NCBI RefSeq assembly: GCF_006345805.1
Contig: NC_043003.1
Span: 6,076,001 to 6,140,000, forward strand
Source: Octopus sinensis
Lineage: Eukaryota
Reading direction: 5' to 3'
DNA: 64,000 bases
The notes under the pieces were generated by a model. The model did no database searches. It was not told the origin of the DNA and saw nothing but the letters and a program-made list of their open reading frames with translations. Positions 13,657 to 27,122 of this stretch are shown one piece after another. The first letter of the stretch is position 1; each line of letters starts with the position of its first letter. A program made the translations under genes and the position numbers.

Positions 13657-15357
13657 CATATGCATATATATATATACATACATACACATGCATATATATA
13701 TATACACATATACATATATACATATATATATATACATATATATATACGTATACATATATATACTTATATACATGCATATACATATATATACATATATGCA
13801 TACATATGTATATATATATATATATATGCACTCACATACACAGAGACATGCACACATTAACACACAGACCGATTAGGGGAAAACGCATGTGCACATAAGG
13901 TTATACACCACAATAACAGAATGGACTAAACAGACGGGGAAGAGACACTTGAGATGGAGGGCCGCTGAAGAGGTCACACAATGAGTAACGAAAGATTTAA
14001 GACAAAGGATACTAAAATAAAAATAATAGTCAAACTGAAGTGAAGTCCAAGTAAACACTGTGTGTGTGGTTAACTGACAAAAAGAAAAATATGACCATCC
14101 CTAAATGTTACAATTCATTTAGTTCTACATACTAATATCGATCGCTCATATTAAGGGTTGCCATAAACCAAAGTAAATATAAGTTTTGGTTTTGAAGAAA
14201 TGTATCGCTGGTGCCGTTCAGTGTGGCAACCAATAATTTATCCCTAGTTTTTTTCGATTTGTTTCTAATTGCAGTGTCAGGTGAGTCAAAAGTAGACAGA
14301 AGTAAAGTTGGAGAAGTGGATGCTCTCTCTCACTCGTGGGACAATTATAAAGATGGAGAGAATGTTCTGGTAAAGAGGAACGTAAGTGCCTATGATACTG
14401 GACAATGTCCAGAATATAACAGAGTGGAGGAGGAAGACTCTGAAATTTGAAATTTTTACCACAAAAAACCAATCGCTTATTAGGACCTTAGGATTGTTAT
14501 TCTTTCTATGGCTATCAACATTGGCTGTGTTCTTCTGGTCATCGTCGTTGGCTCTGTTGCTTTCGTTATTCTTATTAACGATCATCTTCGTACGTTTTTG
14601 CTGCTGCCATCGGCGTATATGCCACCATTTTGATTCCTTCAACCATTGACTTAGGTGTTTTGATGCTGTTATTTTTGTTATTGTTGTTGTTGTCGTCGTC
14701 ATCGCTTCTCTTATAACCTTTATTGATGTTAGTGTTGTTATTGTTGCTGTCAACACTGTTCCTCTGCTATAATTCTTCCCGTTGTTGGTACTGTTGTTGT
14801 TGTTGTTGTTGTTGCTACTGCCATAGTAAATACCATTCTTCTTCTTATTTCTGCTCTTCTTTTTACCTCTGTTCTTCTCAGTGTTTTGTTTATCACTGTT
14901 GTACCTGTCTTGTTGATGTTTTGTTGTTTTTTTCTACAATTTTTACTCTTTTCGTTGTTATTGTAGTCTGTCGTTACTGCTGCGGCATATACACCTGCTC
15001 TTGCTGTCTTTACTACTGTTGCTGCCACTGCTGTTGCTGTTTCTCGTTTTGCTTCTGCTGTTACTGCTGATGATAATGATGCCAGAATTGGTAACGTTAT
15101 AACACCTGAGTTTAATTACAGAAGAATTTCACGTGTCAAATATATACATGTATATGTAAGTGCGCGCGCGTGTTTTAAGATATATAATTAATATAAATAT
15201 AAATACATACATATATAAGTAAGTAGATACATATATATATATTATATATATATATAATATATGTATGGATATATATGTGTCTGTACATATATAAATCGTA
15301 ATATATATAAATATAATATATATATACGTATATATATATATATATAGATATATATAT

Positions 15358-15403
<46 letters not shown>

Positions 15404-15559
15404 CACATATATGTAAGTACATGTATATATATGAATATATAAATATACATATATGTATATAATACAGTTCTATATTTAAAAGACGAGGAATTACGTCCAT
15501 TATTTACGTTATTTACATGGTCTCTCGCAGACAGCACACGTAAAGGTCACTGACATTCC

Positions 15560-16235
15560 CCTTCTCAATCGCAGCATCCCTCATTAAATCTGTCTTGAGT
15601 CTTGCATTTGTCATCCTGGCCTCCTCAAAAGTTTTCACTGTTCGCCATCCAGCTCAATCCGAAGCCAGGTTTTCTATGGTCTTTGGATCCCTTTTTTTTG
15701 GCTTTACACTGATTGCGTTTCCCTTCTGCAAATTCGCCATCAAACAGTTGTTAGAGTGTGAGTTCATCTGTCATTCGAACAATATAGCCAGACCACCTCA
15801 TTTGGTTCATTAGCATCATTGATTTAATTGAAGTGATGCCTGCAAACGCAAAGACATCTGTGTCTGGGGTAAAAAAAATTTTTTTTAATCTCATTTAATG
15901 TTTAAAATGCGGTGAAGGCATTTTGGGTGGAATCGTTCTAACAATTTGAAATGTATTTCATAACAAGTTCATATTTCAGAAAAATATAACGGGGATGGTA
16001 AGACAAACGAATTGCTAAGGGCCCATTTTGTGTTGTTATTTATATGTCGTTGGCGCTAAACGCGTAAATCGAAACCAACAATTACTTGCTGCCCTTCGGA
16101 TTCGCAGACGTATTTCTTTGTCCAGATTTCCATCATTTTGTACAGAGCCTCCGAAGTAGTTGAAAGAGTCGACAACTTCAAATAACTTACCCTTAACGAT
16201 ATTTTAGTGGGGTTGCAAACAGCACCACGTGCATA
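15560..16235 (-). mobile_element. Decayed RTE-clade LINE fragment
   Basis: FEVVDSFNYFGGSVQNDGNLDKEIRLRIRRAAS and PDTDVFAFAGITSIKSMMLMNQMRWSGYIVRM..QLFDGEFAEGKR, typical of the RTE post-RT region. Confidence 0.85.
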
Positions 16236-16298
16236 CTGGTACATTACAACTGTATATATATATATGTGTGTGTGTGCGTGTGTGTGTGTGTATGTATG

Positions 16299-16330
<32 letters not shown>

Positions 16331-16331
16331 C

Positions 16332-16380
<49 letters not shown>

Positions 16381-16384
16381 ATAT

Positions 16385-16735
16385 TATTAGAGACAAAACC
16401 ACTATTTTGCAAAACAAACAAGGAAAGACTTAATCAATACATAAAATTTTAATAAAAAGTCAAAAAACCGCCACTGCAATTGTTTCTTGTCCTGATCGAC
16501 AATCTTCAGGTGGGCTTCCAATCTAAAATATCAATATTTTAAAATATAAAAATAATAATTTTAAAATAATTAAAGTATTATGAAAAAATAATAAATAATA
16601 ATCTATATATAACCTATATATAATCCATATATAATCATATATAAACAATATATAAACTAAATTAGGATTTAATCCTAAATCTGATTTTTTCCCTGTAAAT
16701 TTGGATTTATTCCCTAATATTTATTATATATATAT
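16385..16735 (-). mobile_element. PLE pLTR-like insert with mutated hammerhead motif at 16471-16513
   Basis: Minus strand CCAC-CTGAAGA-TTGTC.gatcag.GACAA-GAAAC.AATT.GCA-GTGG. Flanked on both sides by (TA)n. Confidence 0.6.
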
Positions 16736-16770
16736 ATATAATATATATATATATACTCTCTCTCTCTCTC

Positions 16771-17168
16771 TTTACTCTTTTACTTGTTTCAGTCATTTGA
16801 CTGCGGCCATGCTGGAGCACCGCCTTTAATCGAGCAACTCAACCCCGGGACTTATTCCTTTGTAAGCCTAGTACTTATTCTATCGGTCTCTTTTGCCGAA
16901 CCGCTAAGTAACGGGGGCATAAACACACCAGCATCGGTTGTCAAGCAATGCTAGGGGGACAAACACAGACACACAAACACACACACGCATATATATACAT
17001 ATATACGACGGGCTTCTTTCAGTTTCCGTCTACCAAATCCACTCGCAAGACTTTGGTCGGCCCGAGGCTATAGTAGAAGACACGTGCCCAAGGTGCCACA
17101 CAGTGGGACTGAACCCGGAGCCATGTGGTTGGTAAACAAGCTACTTACCACTCAGCCATTCCTGCGCC
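16771..17168 (-). mobile_element. tRNA-derived SINE, family A
   Basis: Head GGCGCAGGA.TGGCTG.GTGG with B-box GGTTCAGTCC, internal (TG)/(TA) tract, tail AAACAAGTAAAAGAG. Near-identical copies elsewhere in the window. Confidence 0.92.
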
Positions 17169-17984
17169 TATACATACATACACACACACACACACACAAT
17201 TATATATATATATATAGGGGTTGGACAAAATAATGGAAACATCACTTTTTATTTTATATTTTCCGTTGGAAATATCAAGAATTCAGAACTGTTCTAATCT
17301 ATAAATACATATATATACGTTCATTTGCATTTGCATTGTGTATATTATGTATGCCTTGTACTTCATGATGTAGCCCTCTTACGTTTTTCATGTTATGTAG
17401 ATATCTATATTTAAATAACTAAAAATTACCCCTGTAGATTCTGTGCCAGACAACAATTATGACCAGTAAGAAGGTGCAGAGGCAAGCATCTTGAGATTAA
17501 TACTATAAGGTATAAAGTAGTGTTTTAAAATGCATCGCAGTAACACCGACTTTAGAGTTGAATGCCCCGAAGAGGGAAGATTAAATATACGAACAGAAAA
17601 ATAATGAAAATTGATAGTAGAACAAAAAGGAAATGGATAAACCTCCACTTCGCAGACAGGCACCAACCAAGAACTTGGCGATGAGGACTGAAATATCAGA
17701 AGGCCAAGTATCACAAATAGATGAGGGAATACCTTGTAAATTAAAAGAATCAACTTGCAGGATTACAATTTCACGAGCGGAGGATAAAATAATTGCAGAG
17801 GAACATACGAAAGGATAAAGGACAAGCGTCCAAAAAAAAAGCAACATGAAGCAAAGAAAGCGATGAAGATGAAAAATTTCGTCCAAATAACAATGAATTC
17901 CCCTCGTTAGCAAAATAATAAAGAAAATGTACTGGATATGAAAACGAACAAAAAATCCATCTTTCTTCAGAATCTAAGTTTTTT

Positions 17985-18360
17985 TGAAACACTCCGTCGG
18001 TTACGACGACGAGGGTTCCGGTTGATCCGATCAACGGAACAGCCTGCTCGTGAAATTAACGTGTCAGTGGCTGAGCACTCCACAGACACGTGTACCCTCA
18101 ACGTAGTTCTCGGGGATATTCAGCGTGACACAGAGAGTGACAAGGCCGGCCCTTTGAAACACATGTACAACAGAAACAGGAAGTAAGAGAAAGTTGTGGT
18201 GAAAGAGTACAACAGGGATCACCACCATCCCTACCGGAGCCACGTGGAGCTTTAGGTGTTTTCGCTCAATAAACACTCACAACGCCCGGTTTGGGAATCG
18301 AAACCGTGATCCTACGACCGCGAATCCGCTGCCCTAACCACTGGGCCATTGCGCCTCCAC
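17985..18360 (-). mobile_element. tRNA-derived SINE, family B
   Basis: A-box TGGCCCAGTGG, B-box GTTTCGATTCC. Near-identical to 24140-24523. Confidence 0.92.
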
Positions 18361-19050
18361 ACAAAATCTTAGTAAACAGTTACTGACAAAATTATGCATC
18401 TATGGTCCATAGAAAAAACAGGTTCAGAATATATACAGCATGCAAAAGATAGACTGTTTCTAAAATTAAAGCTAAAATATTATACCGAATTTAAAACAGA
18501 ATATCCCGAACATATTCATGATTTCTAACATCAAAAGTGTGGTACATTTGATTGCAATCAAACGGAAAGTAAAAAATGGTAAAATATTCGCCGACTCTCC
18601 AAAGTCAGCTGAAATAGTAATCTTTCAGGATTTATTCCTTTAAATTATATCCTCTTTTAATTGTTCTAAGTTTTATTCAACACTTAATTATTTCCATGCA
18701 AATTTTTGTATACATATACATGTGCATATGTATTTATGCACGTATATATGTGCGTGTGTGTGAGTGATGCGTGTGTTTAAAATTCTGAGCCTTTCCTTCC
18801 GTATATTTTATAACATCTTTCGAATTCTCGATTTCTCCCTTCGTATTTGGAAATAAATATTTTTCTTTCCGACTCCACGAAATCTTTTTTTTTTTCCCCC
18901 CTTTGCAACCTGTCCTGAAACTTCCTTATTTTTCTATCAGTTCGAAACCTTGTGGTTAATAAAGAAATCATTATTAGTATTCCTATAATAATCATGATCA
19001 AGATCATGATGATAATGATGCTGCTGCTGATGCTGATGATGATGATAATG

Positions 19051-19082
<32 letters not shown>

Positions 19083-19658
19083 TAAATGTTTCTCTTTTTG
19101 CTTTATTATTAGTATTACCATGCACGTAATAATCCTGGCGAATAATATACCACACACAAGCACGCATGCGTAAACAGACACAGACACATTCTTATATAAG
19201 AATGTGCATATGTGTATATGTGTGTGTGTGTGTGTGTGTATGTGTGTGAGTGTTTCGCAATAAATATCACAAACATATAAGAGATTACAGACAATTTGCT
19301 TTTAAGCAATTTGTACCTAAACATTACACCGTTCCCCTCTGTCTCCTCCCACCTCCCTGTCATTATGTGTGTATATGTATATGTGTATGTGTGTGTGTGT
19401 ATGTGTGTGTGTCTAGATATATACCTGTGCTTGTAGAGAGAGAGAGAGAGGCAGAAAGTGAGGGAAAGACTCAAGTGAGAGTCTACGTAAGCACTGCGTT
19501 CGTGATGTAAAGTGTAAAAGGTGGGAGGGGGGAGCATTAGGACGGAGATACAAAACATCAACACACTCATTTTATAATTAAGCTTCTGTAAGCGTCTATA
19601 AATCCTAATTGGATATAGACATCTTCTTAAATATATACGCGTGTCTGTTATTTGTCGT

Positions 19659-19716
<58 letters not shown>

Positions 19717-19743
19717 AACATGAAACAAATATATATATACAAG

Positions 19744-19780
<37 letters not shown>

Positions 19781-19892
19781 ATGTATATATACATTAGTTA
19801 TGTATATACACATACCTATCTATGTGTATGCATACATATATATATGTGTATATATATGTATGTTTGTGTATGAATGTAGATATATATATATG

Positions 19893-19926
<34 letters not shown>

Positions 19927-21007
19927 TGTATAGGTGTGCGTGTGTCTGTTTAAAAAGGACCTATTTTATCTTGGTTATCTTCTTTTCCTGTTCCTTTCGT
20001 GCAATTATATATCTATATATATAATGTATTACTTTATATACACATTCACACACACACACACAAACATATATATATATATTATACATGTATGTGTGTGTAT
20101 ATGTCTAGCTGTAGAGTACATCAGAGTCTTGTGTAAATAGGTCTCGTGGCTATCGTTGAGTGCAACACCTTACCAATGTGCTGTGTTGATAAAAGAATAT
20201 AATGGATGTTTAAATGAGGAAGATTCGAAGAATCTGTGGATGCGGGAGAAATTGGTACGGAAGGAATTGCTGAATACGATAAATCTAGACAACAAAGATA
20301 TAAGAAAGAAGAAGAATCGGTGGGGAGTGAGAAGTGCTCGAACGTCAATAAATTGGTAAAATAAAAAAAGAGAGAGTCTCTGGGTGCACTGCCCGCTGCC
20401 TTCGTGGTCTTATACAATGGTTTGTTCCAATTAACAACTATCAAAATGAAAATTCTACAAACACTGATCGTTATTACTCAGACTGCGGCAAAGGTATTTT
20501 TTTTTTCTTTATGCATGGCATAATTATAACGATAATGATGACTATGAGGAGAAGGGAGAGGAGAAGGAGAAGGAGGAGGGGGAAGGGAGGGAGAAGGAAG
20601 AAAAATAACGAGGGTGATGATGATCGGGATGATGATGGTAGTGGTGGTGGTGGTGGTGGTGGTGGTGGTGGTGGAAGTGCTGATATGTGAAGATGAAGAG
20701 GGACAAATATAATTCAATGATTAATAATGATGGTCATGATGATTATGATGATGAGGAGAAGGATAGAGCGAGGAATACGTACGCAAACACAGAAATAGTC
20801 ATTTATTCACTCGCTTTATATATACATGGTCATGAAACATGTTCACAGAAGTAATATACATATACCTAAACACACACACACATACACACCACACATAATA
20901 TATAATATATATATTATATATATATATATTAATATATATAATAATACATATATAGGCACACACTCACACATACACAAACACACGCACATAATATATATAT
21001 ATATATA

Positions 21008-21045
<38 letters not shown>

Positions 21046-21600
21046 GTACATAAAGTTATAAGTATATACGCGAAATAAATATTTCTTAATCCAATATATA
21101 TTAATTACATTCATTTTTTATATGCATAACCTTATATTTATATGCAAATATATATAAAAATATACATGCACAAACACATACACATACATACAAACACGTA
21201 TATTTATCATGCATAAACATAGAAGCACCAATATGCACGCAAGCACGTATGTAAATGCGTTTATGAAATACGTTTGTGTCAATCCATAGGTAAGTACATT
21301 TACAGGTGCGCCTCCATAAAGAAGGTGAGTTATTATGGAAATCTAGCGAGTGAGGTGGTTAGTCCGTGCTGTCTTAGGTCTCCGTACACAGTTGTGTGAG
21401 CGTGATTAAAGAATTACCTGATGCTGTTTACGATAACTGGTATCCCTTTCGTCTCTGACTCACCACAAGAAACTCACGGAATCCTGACCACGCTAGTCCA
21501 TCCAAACATCCACGACAGTCGCTCAGAACAACCGTGGTTCCTCCACCAGCCTTAAGTTTGAAAGCGAATTTAGTTAATGATAATAATAATGATAATAATA

Positions 21601-21640
<40 letters not shown>

Positions 21641-21753
21641 TAATAATAATAATATAATAACATACATATGCACAGTTACAAAAACTGTAAACCACAGCAA
21701 AACTTATAGGAAAGAAAAGAAAAATTTTAAAGTAAAAAGAATTCAGAAATTCA

Positions 21754-21809
<56 letters not shown>

Positions 21810-21827
21810 AGATAGGGGTTGAAAATT

Positions 21828-21927
21828 NNNNNNNNNNNNNNNNNNNNNNNNNNNNNNNNNNNNNNNNNNNNNNNNNNNNNNNNNNNNNNNNNNNNNNNNN
21901 NNNNNNNNNNNNNNNNNNNNNNNNNNN
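21828..21927. other. Assembly gap (100 N)
   Basis: Run of N; contiguity across it is not guaranteed. Confidence 1.
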
Positions 21928-22926
21928 GTGTGTTGTGTGTGTGTGTGTGTTGTGTGCTGGTGTGTGTGTGTGTGTGTGTGGTTGTGTGTGTGTGTGTGTG
22001 TGTGATTGTCCATTTATTTGCAGAGGTAAGATTATACAATTGTTTTGGGGTTAAGTAATTCAATGAAGTGACGAGTGTTTTTATAATTGTATAATTAATC
22101 AGAAGCTAATTGATATAATTAATAAAGTATTTAAAAATAACAAAACAAAGAGGAAAACCACAGAGAATACAGCAAAATCAAATTAAAACCTAAAAAAAAT
22201 GCGATAGGAAGGAATTGTAATTTTAAATAGAAAGCAACGTCTTCGCTAACGATTTGTCAATTCTGGTTTATCGCCCTTTACTGTCATATCTGCGTCTAAT
22301 TAATGACCACAAAGCGTGATAAATAACCAAAATAGAACAGTGATGTATACATAGTTTACATTGATATCCAAATATTTTGCTTAGCTTCAAAGGTCAAGCG
22401 TTCTTCGATGTCTTTACTATTAAATATCACCCTACATTTATCTCTCCGTTTATTTATTGATCTACACACACGCTCTCTCTCTCTCCCCCTCTCTCTCTCT
22501 CTCGCTATCAACTGGCTTTCTTTTTTTGTCTTTTTTTATGTTACAAACATCGTTGTTGTCTTTGTTGTACTGTCTACAGTTTATTTGTGAATGGCAGTTG
22601 GCCAAAGTTGGTTTCTTCACCGATTCCAATCCATTAAATGCAGAACTAAATTTAGGTTTCAATCCCACCTAAGATTCTGTCACGAAGACGGCGATAAACT
22701 GTTTAGAAAGTTTGCCAAACATTTCAAAATGTCTTTCATAATTATCGAGAATTGTGTTTGTCGGTTTTTTTAGGTTATACATATTACTAGCTGTTAATGT
22801 CCCTAAGTGGATGATCGGTTTCTTTATCTATCACTCTATATATCTATCTGTTTACCTATTCTTCCCTCCCTCTCTTTCTCTCTTTCTCTCACTTCCCTCT
22901 CTCTCTCTCTCTCCTCTCTCTATATA

Positions 22927-22961
<35 letters not shown>

Positions 22962-23005
22962 GTTGAAACACTCCTGTCACAACCTGGGACCTTGAAGACT
23001 GCTAT

Positions 23006-23423
23006 ACTCTTACTCTCTTTTACTCTTTTACTTGTTTCAGTCATTTGACTGCAGCCATGCTGGAGCACCGCCTTTAGTCAAGCAAATCGACCCAAGGACT
23101 TATTCTTTGTAAGCCCAGTACTTATTCTATCGGTCTCTTTTGCCGAACCGCTATGTGACGGGGACATAAACACACCAGCATCGGTTGTCAAGCAATGGTA
23201 GGGGGACAAACACAGACACACAAACATACACACACACATATATATATACATACATATATACGACGGGCTTCTTTCAGTTTCCGTCTACCAAATCCACTCA
23301 CAAGGCATTGGTCGGCCCGGGGCTATAGTAGAAGACACTTGCCCAAGATGCCACGCAGTGGGACTGAACGCGGAAACATGTGGTTGGTAAGCAAGCTACT
23401 TACCACACAGCCACTCCTGCGCC
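23006..23423 (-). mobile_element. tRNA-derived SINE, family A
   Basis: Full-length copy matching 16771-17168 and 51881-52297. Confidence 0.92.
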
Positions 23424-23769
23424 TATAACGCATTAAAGTATACTAGTCCCCTAATATTTTATATTCAACATTTCACTATTCAATAAGACAATCAATACTT
23501 AATTTCATTTTACTATATATATATATATATTATTTATATTATATATTCTATATTCTTCATTAATAATATAAAGAATATAAATAAAACATAAAAAAAACAG
23601 AGTTGAATTTCTTTGAATAATATATATATATATATATATATAATGACAATAATATATAGATATAGTTATGCAGAGACATGACAGAAGTAAATAGACACCC
23701 TTATACTCATTAAAATTTGTTTAAATCTGAAATTATACATGCAAAGTATTGTTATAAAGTGAATATGTA

Positions 23770-24720
23770 ATATTTTGATGTAAAATGATAAAACCGTTCT
23801 GCGCTTGGTTGGACCAAAATGAAGCACCGAAAACCTTCCCTAAACCTGAGCTCTTCTAAAAGGTTATGGTGACTGTTTGGAGGTGTACTACTGGACTCAT
23901 CCACCATAACTTCTTAAAATCCGGAAAAACTGTTACTGCAGAAACATATTGCCACGAAATTGCCAAAAATGAATAAAAAAAACTTCTCTGTTGCAGTCTA
24001 GTCAACGGAAAAGGGCCAATCATTCTTCATGACAATGCTCCACCACACGTTTCACTAATGGCGCTCCAGAAGTTGAGGAAACATGGCTCCTGAGTTTCCC
24101 CCAACCCATCTTATTCCACAGACATTTCTCCTACCAACTGGATGGAAGCACTCCGTCGGTTACGACGACGAGGGCTCCGGTTGATGCGAAACAACGGAAC
24201 AGCCTGCTCGTGAAATTAACGTGTAAGTGGCTGAGCACTCCACAGACACGTGTACCCTTAGTTCTCGGGGATATTCAGCGTGACACAGAGAGCGACAAGG
24301 CCGGCCCCTTGAAATACAGGTACAACAGAAACAGGAAGTAAGAGTGAGAGAAAGTTGTGGTGAAAGAGTACAGCAGGGATCACCACCATCCCCTGCCGGA
24401 GCCTCGTGGAGCTTTAGGTGTTTTCGCTCAATAAACACTCACAATGCCCGGTCTGGGAATCGAAACCACGATCCTATGACCGCGAGTCCGCTGCCCTAAC
24501 CGCTGGGCCATTGCGCCTCCACTTCCTACCAACTACCACTTTTTCAAGCACCATGATGATTTCCTGCGAGAGGAGTTTAAAAATCAAACCGATGCTGAAA
24601 AGGCGTTCAAAGAGTTCATCAGCTCCAGAACTCCAGATTTTCATGTTACCGAAACAAACAAACTTGTAACTCGTTGGCAAAAATGCGTTGATTGTAATGG
24701 TACTTTATTTGATGAATAAA
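23770..24720 (+). mobile_element. Decayed mariner transposase, split by a SINE
   Basis: WLDQNEAPKTFPKP, KVMVTVW, GLIHHNFLKSGKTVTAETYC and PIILHDNAPPHVS lie before the SINE. YHFFK..FKNQTDAEKAFKEFISSRTPDF..KLVTRWQKCVDCNG lies after it. Confidence 0.88.
24140..24523 (-). mobile_element. tRNA-derived SINE, family B, with 11-bp target-site duplication
   Basis: TCCTACCAACT at 24129-24139 and 24524-24534; A and B boxes present. Confidence 0.93.
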
Positions 24721-24812
24721 ATTTCCGCATTGTTCAAATATATTTTGATAAATTCCATGTTTCAAAACGTTGCTTGTTTTTTACTCAGTCTGATGCACAA
24801 ACACACACACGT

Positions 24813-24864
<52 letters not shown>

Positions 24865-24897
24865 ATGTATATATGTGAAATATATGTGCATGTATAC

Positions 24898-25145
24898 CTT
24901 GTGAAAGGTAGGAGAGTCCAGTTTGCTGGACATTGTTGTAGAGCTGAAAAAGAGGTAATTTCTACTCTTCTCCTCTGGAAGCCATCTACTCGCAATACCA
25001 GAGGGCGCACACTCTCCTACCCTGATGTAATCTCCAGGGATACAGGCATCCAGCAACAGGACCTCCGTAATGCTATGATGGACCGTAAAGTCTGGCGTAG
25101 CATGGTAAATTCCATTGTCTCGACCACGGTCGAACAATGATGATG

Positions 25146-25152
<7 letters not shown>
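24898..25152 (+). mobile_element. 5'-truncated RTE LINE 3' end
   Basis: RRVQFAGHCCRAEKEVISTLLLWKP..RGRTLSYPDVISRDTG..LRNAMMDRKVWRSMV, then a stop and a (TGA)n tail. Confidence 0.88.
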
Positions 25153-25244
<92 letters not shown>

Positions 25245-25615
25245 GTGTGTACACAGTGTTTGTATGTGTATAAATCCCGCTAACCTTTAAAATGATCAGA
25301 GTGGATTGTTGGTAACTAGAGTACATAACCAATGAAAACATGATGCCGTGTCCATGGCTTCTGTACTTTTGACAATTGGTCATCTTTTTGAAAGCAGACC
25401 TAAGGTTAAAAAGCAATTACAGCTGTAACAGTTAATGTTAAGATTTTACCAAAATATTTGAATGTTCTGACCATTGTCATTCCTCTCCACACCAACATCT
25501 TTTCCATTGAAATCTACTTTTAATAAATTTTATTAACTTTTATCCCAAAATGTTATTGTTGAATAAAATACCGATTTAGCAGCTTGAATAATATTTTAAT
25601 ACGACAAATATTATA

Positions 25616-26182
25616 TATTGGGTTGTCCAGAAAGTTCGTGCCGATTTATAGTAGCTTACTTGTCGACTTATTTTAGAACATGGTTGAGTCTATAAAATAG
25701 GATTTGACTACGCCTCCATTTAGAGCACAGTTTAAGCTATGTTTTCGTTGAAGAAGGTTTATGTTCCTATAACCTGTGTTAATTCTGTAACCCTTTAAAA
25801 CGGAATTTAAGAAAGTTCATTTTCGGCACTTGATGCTTTGGGAAAAATTGCTGCAGCTCGGCTGGGATGTATTACCCCACCCTCCATATTCACCAGATAT
25901 TGCTCCTTCGGATTTCCACTTATTCAGGTCTCTGCAGAATAGTCTTAATAGTAAAAATTTCAATTCCTTGGATGACGTAAAAAGAAACCTTGATGAATTC
26001 TTTACCATGAAACCACCTCAATTCTGGGAAGAGGGTATTTTCAAGTTAAAGGGAAGATGGAGACGCATTGTGCAACAAAATGGTTCATATTTTATCTGGT
26101 TGATTAAAAATGTAATACCAAGTACTTATTGACCTTTTTCTTTCCTTTAAAAATTGGCGCGAACTTTCCGGACAAACCAATA
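25616..26182 (+). mobile_element. Internally deleted mariner with both terminal inverted repeats
   Basis: TIRs TATTGGGTTGTCCAGAAAGTTCGTGCCGATTT and AAATTGGCGCGAACTTTCCGGACAAACCAATA. Retains LGWDVLPHPPYSPDIAPSDFHLFRSLQN...RWRRIVQQNGSY. Confidence 0.93.
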
Positions 26183-26638
26183 TTTCAACAATAATGAGAA
26201 TGTCGTCCATGAGAGATTACGAGACCTGGTTGCAGTTCACCACACACACGCACACACACTCACACACACATACACACAATTTAGCCAATGGCATTATTTG
26301 AAAATATAATGAAAATGCGGAAGGCGAAGAAGAACGCTGTTAATTTGTATATTTAAATTACTATTAAATCTTAAACAAAAATAGCCTCAACGACGAATAT
26401 ATCTATAATGGCCAGAGATGAAATTATTCATGAAATTTCTTCTCTGAATATTGACAATATATTTAATATATGAAATATTCGGTGATTACCTAAAATCTAG
26501 ATTAGACTCGTTGATAAAGAAAGAGGCGAAGAGACGAGACTCTCTCAGAAAGTGAAATATGTTCACCTTAATAGAGTCTACTTCGGTACAGGTTAATTAA
26601 GGATAGCTTTTGACAACTCTTAAATGAGAACAAAGACA

Positions 26639-26673
<35 letters not shown>

Positions 26674-26805
26674 ACAGGACACTGAATCCAAAGAATGTTT
26701 TGTGGTTTTGTTGTAGTTAGTGATCGAGAAAATCTATGATTAAAGGCATTCCACTCGTGAACATCCGGTTTGTTTCATAACACCCGGTTTGTTTTATAGT
26801 CTAAT

Positions 26806-27122
26806 CTTGGGCAAGTGTCTTCTACTATAGCCTCGCGCCAACCAAAGCCTTGTGAGTGGATTTGGTAGACGGAAACGGAAAGAAGCCTGTCGTATATAAG
26901 TATATATATGTACGTGTGTTTATGTTTCTGTGTCTGTGTTTATTCCCCCCACACAACATCGCTTGGCAACCGATGCTGGTGTATTTACGTCCACGTAACT
27001 TAGCGGTTCGGCAAAAGAGATCGATAGAATAAGTACTAGGCTTCCAAAGAATAAGTCCTGGGGTCGATTTGCTCGACGAAAGGCGGTGCTCCAGCATGGC
27101 AGCAGTCGAATGGGTAAAAGAG
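26806..27122 (+). mobile_element. SINE family A, 5'-truncated
   Basis: Starts at CTTGGGCAAGTGTCTTCTACTATAGCC; the rest matches family A. Confidence 0.88.

Noticed and set aside
14286-14756. Minus-strand ORF ending in a hydrophobic stretch (SDWFFVVK...IIGTYVPLYQ) reminiscent of a Cys-loop receptor TM4
   Set aside because: The key DR residues are absent, the N-terminal half is degenerate CAA repeat, there is no usable acceptor, and no other receptor exons were found.
17217-17950. Tc1-like terminal sequence GGGTTGGACAAAATAATGGAAAC and the downstream purine-rich region
   Set aside because: No matching second TIR or transposase motif was found.
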